Origin: a virus
Direction: 5' to 3' (one strand)
Virus record (IMG/VR): IMGVR_UViG_3300046459_000309
Coordinates: 1 to 60,375 of that record
Length of the DNA: 60,375 bases
The translations under genes were made by a program, and so were the position numbers. Under the pieces are notes generated by a model that had not been told where the DNA came from, searched no databases, and saw only the letters and a program-made list of their open reading frames with translations. Positions 42,061 through 50,408 of the stretch are shown one piece after another. How positions within the stretch are numbered: the first letter of the stretch is position 1; the number at the start of each line of letters is the position of its first letter.

Positions 42061-44547
42061 GTGCGACTGACCGACATCCTGGATCGATTCGGCAGGGTCG
42101 AACAAGATCATGATGGCTGGCTGGCTCTGTGCCCCGCGCACAACGACCAGACGCACCCCTCACTCAAGCTGACGCTGAAGTCTGACGGCATGCTGCTCAT
42201 GGTCTGCCGGACCGGCTGCGCGAAGGCGGACATCCTGAAGGCTGCCAACCTGACGGCCGCGGATCTCTTCAACGTCGACGGCCAGGGCGTGAAGACGATC
42301 AGCGCGAAGGCGCCGGAATCCATTGGCCCGGGGGAGATCGCCGGACTCCGCATGTTCGTCGACGAGGCGTCGGCCGCACTGGCTGGCACCCCGGAGGCGG
42401 TGGCGTACCTGGCCGACCGCTTCGGCCTCACGGTGGAGCAGGCGGAAGACCTGGACGTCGGATACGCGGCGCCCGGAGACCGCTCGCAGCCCTGGCTGAC
42501 GCGCGGCTTCACCCGGTACCCGCGGCTGACTGTCCCGCTCATCGGCTTCGACGGTGTGGTTCGCGGCCTTCAGGGGCGGGACCTGTCCGGCAAGTGCCCC
42601 GCACGTTGGGTGTCGCTGGCAAACGTCGACGGCAAGACGTGGGCCAAGTACGGCCAGCTCTCCGCCGGCACGGGCTACGACACGATCCTTGTGACCGAAG
42701 GCCCGGGGGACGGACTGACTTCCGTCGGTGTCGGCTATGACGCGCTGATCATCCGTGGCGCCGGTCTGGCCCGGAACGCCGGCCTCGTCGCCGAACTCGT
42801 GGAGCAGCTCCGCGGCCGTGACGTTGTGCTGGCCTTCGACCCTGACGACGCAGGAGCGCGCGGTATCGGCGCCCTGGCAACGGCGCTCGTGGCCGACGGC
42901 AATCACCCGAGGCAGCTCCCGTTCCCCAACGCCAAGGAGGACCTGACCGACTGGCGGGAGAGGACGCCAGCGACGTTCCCCGCGGAGCTTCACACCGCCG
43001 TTCGCTCCGCCCCTGTGGTGGACCTGGAGCAGCCCAAGACACCCGCACCCACACCGCCGAAGGAGGCTGACATGCCCGCCACTGACGCCGCACTGGACAC
43101 CATGTCGGAGTCCGCGCGCAGCCTCTTCGACAACACCGACGTCGGCATTGCCGTCATGCTCCGCGACTTCATCACCGCCAACGGCGGGGGAGTCCGGTAC
43201 GCCAAGGGGCTCGGCTACCTCTGCTGGGACGGCAAGGTGTGGGCGCCGGGCGGCGACAAGGTCCGCGAGTACCTCCATCTGATGGGCGCCGAACTGATCG
43301 CTTCGGCCGACGACTCGAAGCGCCGGCTGGCACTGAAGGCGCTGTCGAACCGAAGCATCGACGCCGTGATGAAGGAGCTGCCGAGTGCGCCGGGAGTGCC
43401 CGCGCAAGCCGCGGACTTCGACGCGAATCACGAGCTGCTGAGCGTGGAGAACGGGACGGTCAACCTGCGGACTGGCAAGCTTCAGCCACACGCCCCGTCG
43501 GACATGATCACCAAGCGCCTCGATGTCGCTTACCACCCGGACGCACCTGCGGAGCGTTGGAACCAGTTCCTGACGGAGGTGTTCCCCGGACACCCCGATC
43601 TCCCTGGATTCATGAAGCGGCTCGTCGGCTACGGATGCACCGGGAGCACGTCGGAGCACTGCTTCGCCTTCCTCCACGGGCAGGGGAGCAACGGAAAGTC
43701 GGTGTTCCTTGACGCGCTTATCCACGTGTTCAAGGGCGTCACGCAAGCGACGCAGTTCAGCACCTTCGAGAAGTCCGTGAACGTCGGCCAGGCAAGTCCC
43801 GAACTGGCGTCCCTCCGTGGGGCGCGGCTCGTGACGGCGTCGGAAACGGAGAAGTACAGCCGCCTGGCTGAGGCGCTCGTGAAGCAGCTGACGGGAGGCG
43901 ACCCGATCACGTGCCGCTTCCTGAACCAGAACCCGTTCACCTACGTGCCGTCGTTCCTCCTTCTTGTGGCCGGCAACTTCAAGCCCGCGATCCTGTCGCA
44001 GGACGAGGGGACCTGGCGTCGGGTCAAGCTGATCCCCTTCGACGCCACGTTCTCCTACGCCCGTGGCAACAAGGACACAACCCTCCCCGCCAAGCTGCGC
44101 GAGGAGGCGGAGGGCATCCTCGCTTGGTCCGTCGCCGGCGCCGTGGAGTGGTACGCGAACGGACTTGGTGAGCCGACGTCCGTCGCCACCGCCACGCAGG
44201 ACTACCGGGAGTCGGAGGACCGCCTTCAGGAATGGCTGAACGCATGCCTCGTCAAAGAGGAAGGCGCGCGGGTTGCCCCCATGGCTGCCCGACGTGCCTA
44301 CGCGGAGTGGGCAGAGGATGCCGGACTTGACCGCAAGGAGCGGCTGTCTGGTTGGGCTTTGGCCGTCGAACTTGAGAGCCGCGGGTTCAAGAAAGCTAAG
44401 AAGCGGGGCGCTTGGGGCTTTGACGGACTGCGCCTCATGACGGACCAAGAGAAGCAGACCGCGAGTCGACTCGCGGAGGCCGTTGACGAGCCCGCCGGCC
44501 ATGCCGGTCCAACCGATGTGTTTGGCCAGCCCAAAAAGGAGGCGTGA
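42061..44547 (+). CDS. bifunctional DNA primase / SF3 helicase (Toprim + P4/D5-type)
   Basis: GTG after GGAAGGAGAG; LALCPAHNDQTHPS...CRTGC, Toprim ILVTEGPGDGL and VLAFDPDDAG, Walker A GQGSNGKS. Confidence 0.9.
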   Translation: MRLTDILDRFGRVEQDHDGWLALCPAHNDQTHPSLKLTLKSDGMLLMVCRTGCAKADILKAANLTAADLFNVDGQGVKTISAKAPESIGPGEIAGLRMFVDEASAALAGTPEAVAYLADRFGLTVEQAEDLDVGYAAPGDRSQPWLTRGFTRYPRLTVPLIGFDGVVRGLQGRDLSGKCPARWVSLANVDGKTWAKYGQLSAGTGYDTILVTEGPGDGLTSVGVGYDALIIRGAGLARNAGLVAELVEQLRGRDVVLAFDPDDAGARGIGALATALVADGNHPRQLPFPNAKEDLTDWRERTPATFPAELHTAVRSAPVVDLEQPKTPAPTPPKEADMPATDAALDTMSESARSLFDNTDVGIAVMLRDFITANGGGVRYAKGLGYLCWDGKVWAPGGDKVREYLHLMGAELIASADDSKRRLALKALSNRSIDAVMKELPSAPGVPAQAADFDANHELLSVENGTVNLRTGKLQPHAPSDMITKRLDVAYHPDAPAERWNQFLTEVFPGHPDLPGFMKRLVGYGCTGSTSEHCFAFLHGQGSNGKSVFLDALIHVFKGVTQATQFSTFEKSVNVGQASPELASLRGARLVTASETEKYSRLAEALVKQLTGGDPITCRFLNQNPFTYVPSFLLLVAGNFKPAILSQDEGTWRRVKLIPFDATFSYARGNKDTTLPAKLREEAEGILAWSVAGAVEWYANGLGEPTSVATATQDYRESEDRLQEWLNACLVKEEGARVAPMAARRAYAEWAEDAGLDRKERLSGWALAVELESRGFKKAKKRGAWGFDGLRLMTDQEKQTASRLAEAVDEPAGHAGPTDVFGQPKKEA
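44459..44476. promoter_or_regulatory. GTCGAC palindrome, copy 7 (ccgcgagtcgactcgcgg, perfect 18 bp), inside the primase-helicase CDS
   Basis: Read directly; translated TASRLAEA. Confidence 0.55.
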
Positions 44548-45044
44548 TGGCAGAGCAGTGGCGTGCAGTTCCGGGCTTTGCGACCTACAGCGTGAGCGAC
44601 CTGGGGCGGGTGCGTGGTCCGCGTGGCTGGGTGCTCAAGCAGGCCATCAACTATCGCAACAGCTACCACTACGTGTCGCTTTGGGCGGGCGGCAGGCAGA
44701 CGTCATGGAACGTGCACCGAATCGTGTTGACGTCCTTCGTCGGCCCGCGTCCGGACGGCATGGACGGTTCGCACCTGAACGGCGACAAGGCGGACAACTC
44801 GCTGGCCAATCTCCGCTGGGAGACCAAGAGCGAAAACATGCGGCGCCAGACGGACCACGGCACGCGGCGGGACCAGCGCGGGGAGAAAAACAGCATGGCC
44901 AAACTGACGGCTGACGATGTGGCGGAGGTGCGACGGCAGCTTATTGACGGGTGCACTCAGACCGCGATAGCGCGCCGCTACAGCGTGAGTTCCTCACTCA
45001 TCAGCATGATCCACACTGGGAAGATCTGGGGGCACGTCGCATGA
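44547..45044 (+). CDS. HNH homing-type endonuclease (NUMOD4-like + HNH_3-like + C-terminal HTH)
   Basis: TGATG overlap; WRAVPGFATYSVSDLGRV; HLNGDKADNSLANLRWETKSEN; TQTAIARRYSVSSSLIS. Confidence 0.8.
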   Translation: MAEQWRAVPGFATYSVSDLGRVRGPRGWVLKQAINYRNSYHYVSLWAGGRQTSWNVHRIVLTSFVGPRPDGMDGSHLNGDKADNSLANLRWETKSENMRRQTDHGTRRDQRGEKNSMAKLTADDVAEVRRQLIDGCTQTAIARRYSVSSSLISMIHTGKIWGHVA

Positions 45045-46891
45045 GGTACTTCCCGTACACCATTGCCGGCGACGAGACCATGACGCGCGTCCCAGAAACA
45101 GCCGCCGACCTAGACGAGTTCCGTCGGTGGGTGACTCGCAAGGTGCAGTCGGGTGAGGTGGTTGGGGCGGATTCAGAAACAACGGGCTTGGACACCTTCA
45201 GCCCGGCGTATCGCCTCCGCACAGTGCAGCTGGGCGACGCACGGGACGCGTTCGTGCTCCAGGTGGAGGACCGCCCGCTGATGCAGGAGGCAGCCCGTTG
45301 GGCGCTCCTGACGCTCCCACGGCTTGTGTTCCACAACGCCACCTTCGACCTGCTGGTCCTGGACCGACACCTTGGCACCCCGCTGGAGGTGCTGGGGCCG
45401 AAGGCGACCGATTCCAAGATCGTGGCCCATCTGTACGACTCGCGCCCGTCCCACGAAGGCGGGTATGGCCTGCGGCTGAAGGAGCTGTGTGCGAAGGACG
45501 TCGACCCGTCGGCGCCGGACACGCAGGAAGACCTGACGAAGGTGTTCCACTCCATCGGTGAGACGAAGGCCAGTGGGTGGGCCGCGATCGACATCAACCA
45601 CCCGACATACTTGGCGTACGCCGGCTTGGACGCGATCCTCGTCTCCCGACTCCTGCCGGTCCTGGAGGAGCGTCTCCGCTCCGTCGGTGTGGCACAGCGT
45701 CTCGTCGACTTCGAGCACCGCGTGATGCTCGTTTGCGCCAAGATGGAGCGGCGCGGGATGCTCGTGGACCAGCCGTACGTGGCCGACCTCGTGGGCCGGC
45801 TGGAGGAGGAGGCCAAGCTCCACGCGGGCAAGGCGACGAAGTACGGCGTGACGTCGGTGAACTCCCCGAAGCAGGTGGCGACGGCTCTTGTCGGCATGGG
45901 GGAGACGCTAACGGAGACCACTGACAGTGGGGCTCTGAAGGTGGACAAGTCCATCCTGCTGGACCTGGCCGACCTGGACGAGCAGTGGCAGCCGCGCGGG
46001 GCTCGCAAGGCAAACCCGCTGGCTGACGCCGTGCTCCGCAGCAAGCGGGCGGGCAAGTGGTCGACGTCGTACGGCATCGCCATGCGCGACGGTGTGGACT
46101 CTGACGGGCGTCTGCACCCGAAGATCAACAGTCTCCAGGCGCGGACGGCACGGATGTCCATCTCCAACCCGCCGTTGCAGCAACTGCCGTCGGGGGACTG
46201 GACGATCCGGCGCGCACTCCTGGCCGACCCGGGGATGCGCATGTTCAGCGTGGACTACAGCGCCGTGGAGATGCGCGTCCTGGCTGCCCTGGCCAACGAG
46301 ACCACCATGAAGCGCGCGATCACAGAGGGGAGGGACCTGCACGACTTCACCGCGGAACTCATCTGGGGCCCGAACTTCACCAAGCGACACCGCAAGATGG
46401 GCAAGGGCGTGGGCTTCGGCAAGGTCTACGGGGGAGGCGCAACGACCCTCAGCAGGCAGACCGGCGCACCCCTGGCTGAGGTGAAGACCGCCATTGCCGC
46501 GTACGACCGGGTGTACCCCGGAGTCAAGCGCTACTCGCAGAAGCTTCAGCGCGAGGCACGCAGGGACGGCTACATCGTCTGGACTCCCGTCGGCCGGCGG
46601 CTCCCGCTGGACCGGGACCGTGTGTACGCGGCGACCAACTACGCGGTGCAGTCGACCGCGCGGGACGTGCTGTGCCAGGCGGTGTTGGACATGGACGACA
46701 AGGGCCTGACGGACTACCTGCTTCTGCTCATCCACGACGAGGCGTTGGGCTGCGCTCCCGCGGAGGACGTGGCGGAGATCGCGAAGGAGGTGGGCGATGC
46801 CATGCGTATGGACTTCTTCGGTGTCCCTCTCGACACCGACCCCGACGTCGGTGGCCGATCCTGGGGAAGCCTGTATGGCGCCGACTACTGA
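45041..46891 (+). CDS. DNA polymerase I (family A) with 3'-5' exonuclease domain
   Basis: Frame of ORF 44951..46891, ATG 45041 (ATGA overlap); GADSETTGL; VDYSAVEMRVLA (motif A); KGVGFGKVYGGG (motif B); LIHDEAL (motif C). Confidence 0.92.
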   Translation: MRYFPYTIAGDETMTRVPETAADLDEFRRWVTRKVQSGEVVGADSETTGLDTFSPAYRLRTVQLGDARDAFVLQVEDRPLMQEAARWALLTLPRLVFHNATFDLLVLDRHLGTPLEVLGPKATDSKIVAHLYDSRPSHEGGYGLRLKELCAKDVDPSAPDTQEDLTKVFHSIGETKASGWAAIDINHPTYLAYAGLDAILVSRLLPVLEERLRSVGVAQRLVDFEHRVMLVCAKMERRGMLVDQPYVADLVGRLEEEAKLHAGKATKYGVTSVNSPKQVATALVGMGETLTETTDSGALKVDKSILLDLADLDEQWQPRGARKANPLADAVLRSKRAGKWSTSYGIAMRDGVDSDGRLHPKINSLQARTARMSISNPPLQQLPSGDWTIRRALLADPGMRMFSVDYSAVEMRVLAALANETTMKRAITEGRDLHDFTAELIWGPNFTKRHRKMGKGVGFGKVYGGGATTLSRQTGAPLAEVKTAIAAYDRVYPGVKRYSQKLQREARRDGYIVWTPVGRRLPLDRDRVYAATNYAVQSTARDVLCQAVLDMDDKGLTDYLLLLIHDEALGCAPAEDVAEIAKEVGDAMRMDFFGVPLDTDPDVGGRSWGSLYGADY

Positions 46892-47312
46892 GCGGCTGGG
46901 GCCCGCGCGGCTGCCCGCGCCATCGGTGCGTCGGGTGACCGGAGTTGACCGGACGGCAGTGGCTGGATTCGTCCCCGCTGCCGTCCGTCCGACATCCCGC
47001 CTGCGTCCCATATCGCCCCCTATGCGTGCAGCTGAGCCACCCCACGGACCATCACACCGTGACACTCTGCGACGGTGGGAGGAGCTGGAGTGGTGGGCCT
47101 GTGTCTACTGTGACTCCTCGTTCGGCCCAATGGTTGTAGCGGAAGTGGACCACGCAATTCCCCTTGCGAAGGGGGGTGTTCACGAGGAGTTCAATCTCGT
47201 GCCGGCGTGCGCCGAGTGCAACAGGGCCAAGTCTGATCTGGACATGTCCGACTGGTTGTCAGTTCTTGCAGCTCAGCCGGATACGGAGCGCGAAGTTACG
47301 GTTACGCGCTGA
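46875..47312 (+). CDS. HNH endonuclease (start uncertain: 46875, 46926 or 47022)
   Basis: Frame of ORF 46797..47312; CVYCDSS...VDHAIPLAKGGVHEEFNLVPACAECNRAK. Confidence 0.75.
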   Translation: MAPTTERLGPARLPAPSVRRVTGVDRTAVAGFVPAAVRPTSRLRPISPPMRAAEPPHGPSHRDTLRRWEELEWWACVYCDSSFGPMVVAEVDHAIPLAKGGVHEEFNLVPACAECNRAKSDLDMSDWLSVLAAQPDTEREVTVTR

Positions 47313-47396
47313 TGTTCTGACGTGTGATCAACACGCGCACACGTTCTCCACATGTCACAGATCGGTAACACGTTTCATCGTTCCAGTAACTTCGGA

Positions 47397-47437
47397 CGGC
47401 CGACATAACCGCAGGTCGGGCCACTCGGCCGACATAA
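47397..47437. repeat. cggccgacataa x2 (47397-47408, 47426-47437) in a 226-bp repeat-rich non-coding region
   Basis: Same 11-mer core occurs in the promoters at 50646-50656 and 52256-52266; ggtaacac x2 at 47364 and 47489. Confidence 0.8.
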
Positions 47438-47538
47438 GTACGACTAACCCTGTGTGCTCACAGGTAGGGCAAATGGGCGCATACCGCCGGTAACACCCCT
47501 CGCATACCAGCCGCTTGACGATTGCCCGGGGAGGGCCC

Positions 47539-47997
47539 GTGACCTACAGTCCAACTCACGTCGCAGACGGACAGCATCTGACGGATCTTCTGGACACGCT
47601 CCAGCGTGACCTGATCGAACTCCGTCAGATGGCGTCGATCTACGAAGACGCAGTAGCCATGCCGGGCCGACGGCCCGCTGTGGATCCGGATGGGACCGGA
47701 CGTGCCGGAACGCACGACCCCTCTCGCCCGACGGAGAACACCGCCCTGGACAGCGCTCGTGGAGCGCTACAGAAGCAATTGGAAATTGGCATCTCGTATA
47801 CCACATACGCAGTCGCGTACGTGCGAGGTGTTACCGCATCAATGGACCGAGCCCTCAGTCACTGGGAGGGGGAGGACGTCCACGTTCCGGGGGAATGCAA
47901 TGAACGTACTGACGGGGCCGCGCTCAACGTCGAAGCAGGCGGCCAGCCTTCAGAGCCTGTCGGAATCGATGGGTCTCCCGCTCCTGCACAACTCTGA
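47539..47997 (+). CDS. hypothetical protein, first gene of the sigma-factor operon
   Basis: Frame of ORF 47515..47997; GTG 47539 after GGGGAGGG; its last ~100 nt have poor GC3. Confidence 0.6.
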   Translation: MTYSPTHVADGQHLTDLLDTLQRDLIELRQMASIYEDAVAMPGRRPAVDPDGTGRAGTHDPSRPTENTALDSARGALQKQLEIGISYTTYAVAYVRGVTASMDRALSHWEGEDVHVPGECNERTDGAALNVEAGGQPSEPVGIDGSPAPAQL

Positions 47998-48115
47998 AGA
48001 CGATCTCATCGACGCAGAGACCCTCTACCGAGCAGCCGGCTGGGATTCCTGCCCGCTCGCTCTCGCCGACGTTGACATTGCCGACGCCTACGGACTCCTG
48101 ATCAAGGACGTCTAG
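47900..48115 (+). CDS. hypothetical protein (71 aa) overlapping the 3' end of the upstream ORF
   Basis: Frame of ORF 47690..48115 from ATG 47900 (GGGGGA upstream); high GC3 through the overlap. Confidence 0.6.
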   Translation: MNVLTGPRSTSKQAASLQSLSESMGLPLLHNSEDDLIDAETLYRAAGWDSCPLALADVDIADAYGLLIKDV

Positions 48116-48137
48116 CTCCGCAAGTCGACTCACGGAA
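48116..48137. promoter_or_regulatory. GTCGAC palindrome, copy 8 (ctccgcaagtcgactcacggaa), right after the TAG stop
   Basis: Read directly. Confidence 0.65.
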
Positions 48138-48161
48138 CCCCGCAGCTGTCAGCCTGCGGGG
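48138..48161 (+). terminator. GC hairpin ccccgcag-ctgtcagc-ctgcgggg (no U-tract)
   Basis: Read directly. Confidence 0.5.
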
Positions 48162-48251
48162 CTCGCACGCCCAACACAAGCATCACGCCAGGGGCTGGGC
48201 GACGTGCGCCCTGATGCACCGCATCGTGTGTGACGCGGGTCACAAAAGTCC

Positions 48252-48283
48252 CGTGCCACATTCCGCGCCCAGCACCCCATAAC
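48252..48283 (+). promoter_or_regulatory. bipartite promoter-like motif, copy D, in front of the sigma-factor gene
   Basis: cgtgccacat-tccgcgcc-cagcaccccataac; ends 32 nt before ATG 48316. Confidence 0.55.
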
Positions 48284-48315
48284 CAATTCACACGAAGCAC
48301 TCACGAGGAGAAGCC

Positions 48316-49098
48316 ATGTCGATGCCGGTCACCGTGACAGACGCTCAAATTCTTTCCGCGCAGGGTGGGGACGAGATGGCGATGTGGGATGTTATCTCCG
48401 CCTTCGAACCCATGATGCGCACTATCATCCGGAGCGCCGCCCCTGCCGCGGACGCCGACAAGGCGGAAGATCTGCTTCAGGAAGCACGCATCGCGCTGCT
48501 GCAGCACATTCGCGAGTACTCCACGGAAGGCACGGCAGCCGCTCTCTCCTCGTTCGCATATCGCGGGATCCACCGCGCCGTTGCGGAGGAGTGGATTCGG
48601 ATGTCCAGCCCCTTCAAGGTCGACCCGACCTCGGTCATCAGGGTCCGTCGCGCACTTTGGGAGGCGAGCGGCGACGTCGAAGAAGCCTGGTTGATCGTAT
48701 CGGCCGACGCACAGGCGAAGCGACAGATGTCGCGTGAAGTCTTTGTGAGTATTCGTGAAGCACTCATGGACGTCAGCAGCCTGGAGGCCCCCCTCGCCTC
48801 CAGCGAAACCGGCGTCACACTGGGCGACACCATCCCTGACGAGACGTCCGGCTTCACCGACTCCACCGAGCGTCGCGACCTTGCTCGCTGGCTGCTGACG
48901 CAGATTCCGCAGCGTCAGGCGTACGCGCTGCGCGCCTTCTACGGCATCAACGCCCTGAAGCAGACGGACGAGCAGACAAGCGACGAGCTGGGGCTCAGTG
49001 CAGCCAAGAACTGCGCCGCACTCCGAACAACCCGCCGCAACGGCGTCCGCAGCGCCCGCAACGTCGCAGCCGGCAACCACATCACGCTCGCTGCGTGA
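48316..49098 (+). CDS. sigma-70 family RNA polymerase sigma factor (phage-encoded)
   Basis: Region 2-like DLLQEARIALLQHIREY...FAYRGIHRAVAEEW; region 4 HTH IPQRQAYALRAFYGI...TSDELGLSAAK; 260 aa. Confidence 0.8.
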   Translation: MSMPVTVTDAQILSAQGGDEMAMWDVISAFEPMMRTIIRSAAPAADADKAEDLLQEARIALLQHIREYSTEGTAAALSSFAYRGIHRAVAEEWIRMSSPFKVDPTSVIRVRRALWEASGDVEEAWLIVSADAQAKRQMSREVFVSIREALMDVSSLEAPLASSETGVTLGDTIPDETSGFTDSTERRDLARWLLTQIPQRQAYALRAFYGINALKQTDEQTSDELGLSAAKNCAALRTTRRNGVRSARNVAAGNHITLAA

Positions 49099-49133
49099 GT
49101 CATTCGCCCACCTATCCCGAATGGACAACGACC

Positions 49134-49271
49134 ATGAACTTCCCCTCTCTCGATGACTACGACGTCCAGGGCGTGCGACCGGAGGAGGCCGCCCTCTGGG
49201 GCGGTGACGTCCTACTGGCCGTGGAAGCCCGCAGCGACGACGAACCGCTCGACGGCTACATCTTCGAGTGA
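49134..49271 (+). CDS. hypothetical acidic protein (45 aa, not in ORF track)
   Basis: MNFPSLDDYDVQGVRPEEAALWGGDVLLAVEARSDDEPLDGYIFE; good GC3. Confidence 0.4.
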   Translation: MNFPSLDDYDVQGVRPEEAALWGGDVLLAVEARSDDEPLDGYIFE

Positions 49272-49272
49272 C

Positions 49273-49294
49273 CTCCGTGAGTCGACTCACGGAG
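49273..49294. promoter_or_regulatory. GTCGAC palindrome, copy 9, perfect 22 bp (ctccgtgagtcgactcacggag)
   Basis: Read directly; 1 nt after the TGA stop and 26 nt before ATG 49321. Confidence 0.7.
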
Positions 49295-49320
49295 TCCGTA
49301 AGACCTGCAGAGGAGAGAGC

Positions 49321-50106
49321 ATGACGGAATACAAGATCACGTGTCAGGACACCCCTGCCGACTCGATCCAAGCGGTAGGTGGGTCCCCCTTCACGGATGG
49401 CCTTGTCGCCTTCTACACGGGCGGCTGTGACAGCGTCTACGCCACTCCGGACGACGCCCGCACCTTCGCCCGCGACATCCTGGCCCTGGCCGACGAGGTC
49501 GACGGGGGAGAGGTGCCGGAGGCCGCCGCAACCGTCAAGGTCGGCGACGTCGTCCGCGTCGTGAAGGACGACCTCCACATCCGCACGGGGGAGTTCGTTG
49601 GTGCGGTCGGCACAGTGCATCTCATCCACGGCGGGGGGTCGACCCTTCCCTACCGACTCGCCTTCGACGACGACCAAGACGTCCCGTACCCGACCTGGAA
49701 CGTCGCGGAGGTGGAGCCGGCAACCGAGCCCACCCCTGATGAGCCCCTGGCCGACTGGGAGCGGGAACTCCTGGCCGACAAGCCCACCCTCGTGACCGTC
49801 AAGGTAGGCGACAGCGTCAACATCCTTCGTCCGGAGAGCGTCCTCCCGGAGTACCGGGGAGTCGTCGGCGTGCTGACCCGCATCGACGACACGGAGTGCA
49901 AGTACCGCGTCCAGGTTGGCACTCAGGAGGACGACAACATCGTTTGGGCTTACGAGGTGGAGCCCGCAGCGTCGACCGTCGCCGCAACCCCCGTCCCGTC
50001 CCGCGCGCTGCGGCTGGGTCAGGCTTCCACCATGATGGGCGACCAGCCGTACAGCGCCTACGACTTGATCGCACTGGCCGACTACCTGGCAGGAGACAAC
50101 GCATGA
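49321..50106 (+). CDS. repeat protein with KVGD (SH3/KOW-like) modules
   Basis: Frame of ORF 49153..50106; ATG 49321 after AGGAGAGAGC; VKVGDVVRVVKDD and VKVGDSVNILRPE; C-terminus DLIALADYLAGDNA. Confidence 0.7.
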   Translation: MTEYKITCQDTPADSIQAVGGSPFTDGLVAFYTGGCDSVYATPDDARTFARDILALADEVDGGEVPEAAATVKVGDVVRVVKDDLHIRTGEFVGAVGTVHLIHGGGSTLPYRLAFDDDQDVPYPTWNVAEVEPATEPTPDEPLADWERELLADKPTLVTVKVGDSVNILRPESVLPEYRGVVGVLTRIDDTECKYRVQVGTQEDDNIVWAYEVEPAASTVAATPVPSRALRLGQASTMMGDQPYSAYDLIALADYLAGDNA

Positions 50107-50408
50107 GCGACATCAAGGTTGGCGACCGGGTCCGCGTGGTCCGGAAATACCAGGTCGGCGAGAGCGACTACGACGGTCAGCACGGCACCGTGACACGTCT
50201 GGACGTCGGCGACCACTATCCCTACTACGTGCAGTGCGACGGACAGGGTTTCTCGGTGTGGATGCACGAGGTACAGCCCCTGACGCCTGCCACGTACGGA
50301 GACCGCGAGTCCCTCGTCACCCGCGCCAAGACCCTTCTGGCCGGCACCGAGCACACGGGCGCCGACGTGGTCGCGATGGCGGCGTTCCTGGCCGGCGGTG
50401 ACGCATGA
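50103..50408 (+). CDS. KVGD-module protein, paralog of the upstream gene
   Basis: Frame of ORF 49896..50408 from ATG 50103 (ATGA overlap); IKVGDRVRVVRKY; C-terminus DVVAMAAFLAGGDA. Confidence 0.65.
   Translation: MSDIKVGDRVRVVRKYQVGESDYDGQHGTVTRLDVGDHYPYYVQCDGQGFSVWMHEVQPLTPATYGDRESLVTRAKTLLAGTEHTGADVVAMAAFLAGGDA

Noticed and set aside
42160-44502. 780-aa minus-strand ORF opposite the primase-helicase. Similar long antisense ORFs occur at 2784..3998, 4963..6135, 7466..9034, 20709..21719, 21771..23000, 23163..24935, 27756..28904, 38327..39802, 45001..46242, 45908..47065 and 48301..49677.
   Set aside because: These are shadow ORFs typical of high-GC DNA. They have low-complexity Arg/Gly/Pro/Val-rich translations, lie opposite genes with clear motifs, and lack SD or coupling signals.
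47164-47715. ORFs 47164..47493 (+), 47444..47806 (-) and 47458..47715 (-)
   Set aside because: They lie across the repeat-dense, lower-GC intergenic region and overlap the HNH gene and gene 47539. They show no coding signal.
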